Source: Bugula neritina (taxonomy: Eukaryota > Animalia > Bryozoa). Taken from it: 64,000 nucleotides of DNA. Shown here one piece after another: positions 18,970-28,529 of the stretch. The DNA is taken from positions 5,404,698-5,468,697 of the forward strand of contig OZ037765.1 in NCBI GenBank assembly GCA_964035545.1, written 5' to 3'. The first letter of the stretch is position 1. Every line of letters begins with the position of its first letter. The position numbers and the translations under genes are program-made. The notes below the pieces were generated by a model. The model was given only the letters and a program-made list of their open reading frames with translations, had not been told where the DNA came from and searched no databases.

Positions 18970-21658
18970 CTATTGCAGCTGCCACATTCTGACGCTGTCA
19001 ACTTGCATAGCAGCATCATCTCCTTGCCAAGTTGGCTGCCACAAGTTCTTTGCTCTCCAAAATTTCTCAGGCGCATTGGTATCTTGGTTTGACCAGGGCT
19101 TGTTATATCCTGCATTTCCCACATTGTCTGGGAAGAAGCCATTAGTTCCACCGACTGCCACATTCATGATCAAATAGAACTGTAAAAAATGTCATCACCT
19201 TGTTAACAATTCTCTACCTTTATACATGTAGGATGAACGCAGAGATAGATAAAAAATTATGCAATCAAGTATTTTTCATACATAAGGATATAGAACATAT
19301 TATCAAAAATGAATATAACGTATGCAATATGATAAATAAAAATTGCTGATTTCTATAACTCTGATAGAGTATGAAAATTGTATATTTTAATATTGTTGCA
19401 TGTGTATGTACCTCCTGATCAAAAGGAGCGTTGTTAGCATGAGCCCAGATGTTGTTTCCTGGAAGATTTCCCCATTTGAAGAATCCTTGATTTGGAGTAG
19501 CAAACTTAACCACATGGTCATCATCCAGATAAAAACTGAATACCAAAAACATACTCAAATTAGATCGTTTTCTCACGGGCAACCAAAGTCCCCGACGCAC
19601 TTCATATATGCCAGAATAAAAATATTCATATATATCTTAGCTATCAACTATATTCTATAGACTGTTTGACGTTGTATGCTTAAACAGTTTGGCTTTATAA
19701 TTAATTTTGTGCTCATGCTGATAAAGTTTTTGTTTAGCTTTGGAGTCTGAGATATTATAAAACTGATACTAATTGCTGCTGAATTTCATTGCATGCTTAC
19801 AAAGCACATGTTAACTGACGAGCAGCTAAAAAGTTTAACATACATCAAACCAAGAAAGAAAAGCTGCCTGGCAAAAATGGATAGCTAAATCTATTTGTCA
19901 TTATACCAGTAATAATAATATTTGTAATTGAAAACTTCTAGTTATTTAGAAGTTCTATGTAATTGGTTATTTGTAGATTTTTATTTGACTTGTAATATTT
20001 ATCAAACTTAAAACAAGGACTTGTTAACTTTACAAACCTCTAATAGTGTAATGATGTGCAACATAAGTCAATTACAACAAGATGCAACATGGAGATAAAT
20101 GTAATACACAGGGTTGTCTACTTACTCCATGCCATTCTGGTCCCAGTAGAGTGTGTATTTGTGATATCCATCAGCTAGTGTCTTGCTCTTCACTTTCTTG
20201 TTGGCAGTGGTCAGGCTGAACTTGTTCACATATTGGGTTCCCCAGTGCAGAGTACTTCCCATGTATTCTACTCCCAAGTTACCATAGTTTCTGTTCCCTC
20301 TGCTCTCCATGATGTCAATCTCTCCAGATCTGGGCCAGCCACCATATTTTCCACCACTATTTCTGTCGCCATAGTTGGGCAACATCCACAATGCTAAGAT
20401 ATAAAGGTAGCAACACTGTATGAGTACCAGTTCATATTAATATCTCGTTTCTTTTTGATAAAGAGGCGTATGTGAATTCATTAAGATTGCAAAATGCAAC
20501 AGCTTGTACCAACAGACATGTTTTAAAAACACAATTAGACAAATTGGATTTGCTAAAAAAATTTAACTGTTCAGAATTTATCAGGTTCTTTACAGGATGA
20601 CTTTAAAGACTTTGATCAAAGGGTGCTACTGAATGAAATATAAAGCTAGGAATGTCATGTAGCAAATAAAGTTACTTATGACAATACTGAATAATATGAC
20701 ACTATCTTTGCTGAATTTTATAATTATTTATATCTATTTCATGAATACTATTATACATGCAGTGCTTCCTCCATATCTCAAGGTTCCATTTCTCACGAAA
20801 TTCCATATGTCACGAGAAGGGTTTGAACCCAATTTGTGGCTCATGTATGTGTGTATATAAAAACAAAATGGCAGGCTTTAACAGATCCGTGAGTTAAATC
20901 TGGTATTCTAATATGCCACGAATTAAGGTTTCGGGATTAACAGCTTAGTGAGATACATAGGGAGCACAATATATATGCAGACCATGCTGCACTCACATAC
21001 AGGAGCTCAGAGCGCTAGCCAAATAACATGTAAAGAAAATGTTTATGTTTTACCTGGCCATATCCAGTCACCTCTGGGCATCTTAGCAACAATCTCAACC
21101 TTTCCATATTGAATTCCTTTCCTTGACCTCAACTTAGAGGACAGTATAGGGTTGAGATAACCATTCTTCCCTTCTCTAAGACATCCATACACAGCAGAAT
21201 TCGTGCATGTACCATACATTTCTGCAACAATGAACTACATGATTACTGTATGTCATGTATATTTTACATCATAATGTACTGCAGAGTCTATATATGAAAC
21301 CTTATATAGCAAACAGTATAATTAAAGTAGGTATGTTATGCATACTACAGATATACACTGTTTAAATATATGCACAAAACTTAGGATTATACTGTTATAT
21401 AATTTCAACATATGTAAATAAAATTATATAAAAAACACTTTAACCAAATAAGTCATTATATTTTAATAAAGACCATAAAATCTTCTAGAATTTGGTATTT
21501 TTGAAAAAAGTTATATTCTGGCATAACTTGGCGTGTATAAAAAATAACCCCTAGACTTTTCATAATATCTAATTTTACATAACGTTATGGAATTGTAGTA
21601 ATTAAATTCAAAATATGACTAAACTGCTCTACAACACACACACACGCATGCACCAACG

Positions 21659-21702
<44 letters not shown>

Positions 21703-21771
21703 CACACACGCACACACGCACACACGCACACACGCACACACACGCACACACGCACACACGCACACACGCAC

Positions 21772-21835
<64 letters not shown>

Positions 21836-24800
21836 TGCTGAAATAAATTATTTTAGGTATAATAACTCCTCTATATTACTTTTCACGTCCCATCTTCCAC
21901 TTGTAAGGAAGGATTCACCATACTTGTCAGCTGTAGTTGTCTACAATCAACACACAACAGTATATATAGAAATCAACAACTAGTATGGTTATGTTAAACA
22001 GTTGTGTGTCTCACTGTAAGTTTCGTTTTATTACTATTTACCGGTTTCAAGTAGAGGGCGCCATTTCTAGTAAAACTGTTCTCAGGTAGATTAGTGTAGG
22101 CTTGAAACTCCCAGTTCTGCAAATAATTTATTAGCAGTTTGAATGACATGCTACTATGTACTACATGCAGTGCACTACAATATGCACTACAGTGTACTAC
22201 AGTGTACTACAGTGTACTACAGTGTACTACAGTGTACTATAGTGTACTACAATGTACTACAATGTACTAAAGTGTACCACAGTGTACTACAGTGTATGTA
22301 CTACATTGTACCACAGTGTACCACAGTGTACCACAATGTACCACAGTGTACCACAGTGTGCCACAGTGTACTACAGTGTACTACAGTGTACTACAGTGTA
22401 ATACAGTATACTACATGTTAAAACAGTAACTGTAATGTACTATATAATACAATACCACAAGCTAAAGCTGTGCAAGAAGCAATGCTGCAGTAGCCAAGAC
22501 TGTAGTATCAGTGACTATACAGTATCAGTGACTATGCAGTATCAGTGACTGCAGTAGAGTAGATTATCATGGCAATCGACTGATATCTGATGAGCTATAA
22601 TACACCTACCTGTCTCTTGCAGACTACAGTCGTACAGTACCACAATGCTACTCGTACAAACCTACTGTAGGTACTGAATCGTAGTAGTTTTGTAAAAATC
22701 TAAATGTAATTTTACATTTACACCAAAATTCACATAGCAGTTGTTTTAACGAAAGTATACTTGCATAAGGAGGGAGGGGGGTTGTGAATTTGTGTCAACA
22801 ACTTAGTAGACTGCCACATAATATACCTACAAATGCTTGCACGATGATCTTTCTATTTATTGTTAAATGCTACCCAATAGACCAGATACCACATAGTCCC
22901 AACTCTCAGCGAGCCACTTACCCCGCCACCCCAAAGAGAAACCTCATGCTCCCAGATACCGGTGTTGAGCTGCCCGTCAAATGTGTCCTCTACGACCAGC
23001 TTCAATGTCCTGCCGTTCCACACCTCGTCTTTCCCGCTAGCGCTACTTCCTGGTTGTGGCTGCTGTACAACTGGTTGGACAGGTTGAGATGAGCCGCTAC
23101 TTCCACCTGAGGCAGTCCACCTGTTGAATATTCAAGTAAGTAAGATAAAAGTGGTAGCAGAAATGTTGTTTTCAAAATAATATGAATTTCTTATTTCAAA
23201 GTATTCTTATTTAAAAATTCTAATAAATTTTCACCATTGCTCACCATAGCCTTGCGGATAACAGCTAAACATTATGACTAGTATTAAAAGAGAAACGGAA
23301 ATCTAAGTTTTAAACTAAGCTCTCCAAATCTATCAAATTTATTTTCTTGCTATAAATTTAGCCAACAGAATTATAAACTAAATTTCTTAGTATAAGTTTA
23401 TATTTTAATGTAGCTTACCTTTGATCAGTAACCTGTCTACCCAGTCCATTGACAATCATGTATACCCAGTAATAAACAATATCACCATTGTTGATCTTTA
23501 CATTACGGTTCTCGTGCACCCACTTACTACCTGCGTGCAGTAAAATACTGACTATATTCATACTACCTTACAATGATCTCTTATGCTGGGTATAGTCAGA
23601 TATGATAAATTAGCTCAGGAGATGCTCAGCCATTTTCTTATATATTGTATAAATAACTTAAATAATTTATACAGAATGTATACGTTTATGCATCACATGT
23701 CTATATATACATTGTATCTATTTAATATATTTTTTATATCACATATATGTAGGTAAATTACGCATATGTAATAGATATATAGATATACGTACAGTATGGA
23801 AAGATATTTGTAGGCACCATTTATTCTCAATGACATGAGAAAACCTTTTAGTTATGCCATAAGTGCTAAATAAGTCGCACATAGCTTTATAAATATAGTT
23901 GAAATGTTTTTACATACAATATAACAGACAAATTTGATACATGCTTTAGAAGAACATGCCAAGTTTTGATTTAAAAAGCACACTTACCTGTTTTGCTCCG
24001 GATATCATAGTTATATCGGCCAGCTGTAACACCAGATAATGGTGAATTAATGCTGTAGTGGACTCCAACTAGTGAGGCTCCAGACACATCTTAATAAATA
24101 TAGACAAAGTTAATTTAGTTATTTTTGGCGAAGTTTTTGTGCATTGAACCACCTATATATAGTCCTATACTATTTATTATCTGGTGTGCTAAATAAACCG
24201 GTGTTATTGAAATATAATATATTCACGAGTATTATTGCCGTTATTTTAAACAGTTGAATTAAAATTAAAAGAATGATTTTAAAGTTAGCTGCTTTAAATA
24301 TCCAATCCTAGTTCATAACTGCAACTCAATTGATTTCTATAAATTTTTCTAAGCTGAAAGTTTTAAATGAATTAAATAGCCTTGAATTTTTGTCAAAACT
24401 ATTTAAATAAAAAGCAATAATATTTAAAATCATTTTGTATAATTACCTCCAACTTCAATTCTCAAGCCTTGTGGGCTCAGCAAAGATAACTTCCTATCAG
24501 AAACGCCATGACCAAACTCAATTAGAACAACACTACAATTAAACCAGTTAACAATCAATCAATCAATAGGTTCAATCAATATGTTCAATAAGTCTATTAT
24601 TGAAGCTAGAAAAACAACATTTCCATTTTTTTTACTTCCAGCATATGTTTTCCGTTAAAATGCTATCATATTATCAGAATGATGAACCAAAATGAGGCAT
24701 TGCCCAACTTGAAAAAGTAACTCTTACAGGTTTTGTCAATTTCTGCAATTTGTATGATTAGTATATTCAAGGGCTCGTCTAAAAAGCTACAATTTAATTT

Positions 24801-24887
24801 TCAAATCCCTCAAATTTTAGGAAACGCTGTTTATAAATTGATTTCTACTCACAGTCCTAGAACGAGAAGATAGAATGAAGAAGCCAT
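18970..24887 (-). CDS. Gene C: duplicate of gene A, CBM39+GH16 beta-1,3-glucanase, 11 exons, 479 aa, ORF intact
   Basis: Exons 24887-24853, 24532-24447, 24089-23988, 23530-23419, 23120-22922, 22116-22042, 21940-21880, 21221-21054, 20393-20126, 19535-19412, 19179-18970. Exon lengths identical to gene A, no stops or frameshifts, EIDIME intact. Expression uncertain because of the insertion at the ATG. Confidence 0.88.
20760..20970. mobile_element. Putative Tc1/mariner(pogo/Tigger)-type MITE
   Basis: Imperfect TIRs cagtgcttcctccatatctca / tgagatacatagggagcaca; absent from the homologous intron of gene A. Confidence 0.5.
21633..21832. repeat. (CA)n / (CACG) microsatellite
   Basis: Directly visible; source of the HTHT/CVCV ORFs. 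Confidence 0.97.
22155..22415. repeat. 10-bp minisatellite (GTACTACAGT / GTACCACAGT)n, paralog of 7428-7690
   Basis: Directly visible at the same position in intron 5 of gene C. Confidence 0.95.
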
Positions 24888-25270
24888 GGTAGTAGTTAAA
24901 AAGTGAGAGTTTTGGCTCACTTCTTAAATATATTTGTTCGGACACGCTTAAGTGACTTTTTGGTTGTCATGGACAACCAGAGGTTCAGTTGTGGTTCTTG
25001 ATTGAGGGTTGAAGCTTTTAGTATAATAAAAAGGCTAAAGTTTATTTTTGCTATAATAAAGGAGGAAAAGTTTACAATTATGGCAAGTGCAACTTGCACC
25101 GAACCGGTCCATTGATTTGTGTGCTCTTGCACCAGCCTGTGAATTAATCCTTCAAAAATGTGTTCATCTCCATTCTCATTTTTGATGTCATTGTGCCCAT
25201 AGACCAAAAGTCTAGGAACACCATGAAATTGAGCAAGGGTTAAAGATAATTTTTGTATAATAAATAGAGA

Positions 25271-25339
25271 ATGGAGATGAATACTGTCAAAGACTTGAGA
25301 GCCTTGGCCAAACAAAGAGGTCTAACTGTCTACTTAAGA
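25271..25339 (+). pseudogene. Truncated Rho_N-like (helix-extension-helix) gene start in the left arm of the element
   Basis: Translates MEMNTVKDLRALAKQRGLTVYLR, resembling the Rho_N-type TVxELRxLAKxRGLxGY pattern; similarity ends where it meets the opposite-strand ORF, the presumed deletion junction. Confidence 0.6.
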
Positions 25340-25542
25340 CCATGCATAAAATTATTTGATAAATCACCTCTAATGGGACCTACATATTTATATGCTGCTG
25401 AATAATCTGTAGTTGTACTATTGCAAATTATACTTTTAGTTGTAAAAGTATCGCTTTTGTTTGCAAAATGCATTATAAAAACACTTAAACAGGCAACTAT
25501 AAACAAACCAGTTATAATAGTAAATGTTTTTCTTAACAACAT
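25330..25542 (-). pseudogene. Truncated type II membrane protein gene in the element
   Basis: MLLRK + hydrophobic anchor TFTIITGLFIVACLSVFIMHF + Thr/Ser stem; starts in taataaATG context 14 bp after the stop of the RING gene. Confidence 0.5.
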
Positions 25543-25556
25543 TTATTATTAATATT

Positions 25557-26712
25557 TTAGTATTCCCTATGCTGTAATGATTGTCGGCATAGTGGACATC
25601 TACTAGATTTTATTGCCCACTTTTTTATACACTCTTTATAAAAGGTGTGTTTGTACAGAGTAGCTACAGCTTTTTCTATAATAACTAAAGGTGCATGTAC
25701 ACAGGCCGATTATTTTGGCCGATTTTGTACTAGCCGATTTCTCTATGGCCGATTTTGCAATCGGCCGAAAAATCTGGACGATTTTTATGTCCAGCATTAT
25801 TTTTCTGCTTGTGTTTTATTGGCGAATGGCTCTCAGTCTATATAACTTTCTTAGGTTTATGAGCAGAGGTCAAGATCAGTTGTATGTGCGTTGGCATAGT
25901 AAACATACCTTGGCATCTTTTATATTTTTTATTTTTCATAAGTGAAATGGCTAGAAGCAATAAAGAAACTCTGGCTGTTAATATAATATTAATGAAGACC
26001 ACAACTAGGTACAAACGCTCCTTGCCCTGAAATAATTTCAACAACGGTGTCAATCGCTGTCGTGAATTTTGCCGCTTTTTGATTGGCTGGTTCAACCAAA
26101 TATTGGCAAAAAATTGATCATGCTCAATTGTGAAAATTGGCCGATAAATTTAAAATCCTAAAAAATTGACTGACAGTTTTTCGGCTGATTTTAATGCAAA
26201 ATTGGCCTGTGTACATGCAGCTTGAGCATACTTGGCATGGCTCTTTAGTTTCTAATGGTGTTAATTCAACACTTATAACTTCTGAATTATTTTCATCACT
26301 ACTCGCATCTGAATCATCTTCATTAAAATCACGTACTCGCTGTACTGTATTTCGCAATTCATCATCACTCATTTTAGCATAACCTCCTATACCAAAGCGT
26401 CTTGCAGGCTGCAATATGCAGCACATTCATAACAAGCTCACTTTACAGCATTGTGCAATTCAGCGTCACTCATTTCAGCATAACCTTCTATACCAAAGCG
26501 TCTTGCAGCACATTAAAATCATAACAAGCTCGCTTTACAACATAGTGTCACTCATTTCAGCAAAACTTTCTATTCTATATTTTCTTGCATAATATTCATT
26601 CTGAATTTTACGTATCGCATTATTTAATTCAGCGTCACTCATTTTAGTACCAAATAGTAGAGAACCTGCAAATGAAAGCCTAATTCTCATGTCTCATTCG
26701 TATTCTCTCCAT
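25557..26712 (-). pseudogene. Decayed gene: ~4 HEH/Rho_N-like repeats + acidic linker + RING finger, split by a MITE
   Basis: Repeats such as ARRFGIEGYAEMSDAELHNAV, with stops and frameshifts. Removing the MITE and one TSD copy restores EPCQVCLVIIEKAVATLYKHTFYKECIKKWAIKSSRCPLCRQSLQHREY*, a RING with two ligands mutated to Tyr. Confidence 0.75.
25689..26222. mobile_element. PIF/Harbinger-like MITE nested in the Polinton-like element
   Basis: TIRs aggtgcatgtacacaggcc / ggcctgtgtacatgcagct; 3 bp TSD taa (25686-25688) / tga (26223-26225); subterminal ggccga repeats; excision restores the RING reading frame. Confidence 0.8.
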
Positions 26713-28529
26713 TTATTAAAGCAAAAATTATCTTTAACCCTTTATCAAAAACCACAATTGAACTTCTGGTTGTCCATGACAACCAAAAAGTCACTCAAGC
26801 GTGTCCGTGCATGAATATGTTTGAGAGGTGAGCCAGAACTCTCCTTTTTAATTACTCATGCTAACTGCTTCCTTCACTGCTGCAGGGAAAATGATGTCAC
26901 GAAGTCAGATGCTGTTTGCTTGCGTCACTTTATCTAGTCGATCTCTGCATCATCTGAATCTTCTGAACATCTTCTTCAAGTATTATAATTGGGATAAAAG
27001 TTACAATGCTTTAACTGTTTCTACTTTGATAGTTGTACTTTAGGTGAAGAGTTTAAGCTAAATGTACAAAATTGACATGAACTTAATCTATGCCATCTGT
27101 GTTTTCTCAAAGGGCGTTAACTAAGACTTGAATTATGCTATGGTTACTTTATGTAACTAGTTTATTTATTACACGTAGGTAAAATATTTTTTTGAAAAGA
27201 CCCCAGCTTTTAAAATATATATTATATGATAGTTACTCTATGTATAATTAGAAGTTTTGTATAAAATTATATTCAGTAAAAATTACTATTGTTTAATAAA
27301 AGAGCTTAGCAACCGCAGCTAATTGCAGTTCGATCCACACGTAGCTTTCATTTCTTTTGTATATGTTCATACTATAAGGGCATTGGTACACCCAGACACC
27401 ATCAATAGAAAATACAGCTAAGCCAGGTCTCGTTAATTGTCTGTGGAAAAAGCATATGTTTTCTATTTAATATTGAATTGATTGTTAGTGCTATGACTGG
27501 CCTTCAGAATTCAAACAAACATGGCTGCTTAGTGCAACTAACTTCCAACTCTCTAATGACTCATCAATTGTGTGAGTCATGCTATACTCTCAAGTAATCA
27601 CTTGTTTATTCAAATAGTATTGAGATGTTTAGTAGTTGCAGTTACCTTTTATTTCTCTCTACAACAGTATTTTTCATCACATTGAGTTCTCATGATGCAC
27701 ATTCTTCTCCTAAGAGAGATTTTCTACCTTTGGAGGTTAGAAAAGTTATGGATAAAGTGTGAAATGCCTGTGTTCTATATGAGAATTATAATATGGAAGG
27801 TTATAGAAAAATAATAAGCAACTACTAATTTTAATTACATTTTTAAGCTTGTAATTTATGAAATATGTCAATTCTAGGCCACATATGGTGGCCATTTTTT
27901 TCTACAATATTTTCTACAATAGCCTCATACTTTGCTGGCTGTGATGCTGAGCATTGCAATAGCCTTGCATTATGTTTCCAATTAGCATCTCATTATTCGT
28001 ATGGATTTTTCATTCAATGTTTGGAAACAGTTGCATCAAATGAAGCCAAAACTATAAACTCATACAAACACGCAATCAAACATTCATCTGCACAAGCATC
28101 CATTTGCATTGCATAATGTGCAGCAATGGTAATGCAATGTCGTAGGGAAGATAATTCCTGTAATGTACATAATATTTTACCAATTTAAAAACAGCTAATT
28201 TAATATAGCTAACCAGGCTTTGAAAACTATAACAAAATATCATATGCATGCAACTGCTAACTATATATAACATAAACCGGTTCTTAAAATTTTAATCATT
28301 AGACGTCTTTAAATACCGGCTGGAAATTGACATCTGTGGAGTGAGTTTAGCTTAAGAATATTTAGCCTGTGGATGTTCGACTGCTACAAAGCATGTTGGT
28401 TGGTGCAATAGGGCACCCAAACAGCTGCTTTATTTAAAATTAACAAAAGCTAAATTAACAGCTCATGTTTCCACTCAAATATGAACTTATAGATACAACT
28501 TTTACTTGGTATTTCAAGTATATTTCATC

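Larger units (their letters stand above)
24891..26856. mobile_element. Internally deleted, non-autonomous Polinton/Maverick-like element
   Basis: Absent at the homologous site of gene A (aagccatgctgactgcttcc). ~125 bp TIRs (24891-25014, 26732-26856) begin AGTAGT / AGTAAT; 6 bp TSD catggt (24885-24890) / catgct (26857-26862); packed intronless ORF remnants inside. AG..CT termini with AGT repeats and 6 bp TSDs are established Polinton traits; no pPolB, integrase or capsid gene remains. Confidence 0.75.

Noticed and set aside
21615-21983. His/Thr-rich and Cys/Val-rich ORFs
   Set aside because: (CA)n microsatellite artefacts.
24917-25315. 132 aa minus-strand ORF in the element
   Set aside because: Non-ATG start, runs through the TIR and is antisense to the Rho_N-like start and promoter-like motifs; no recognisable motif.
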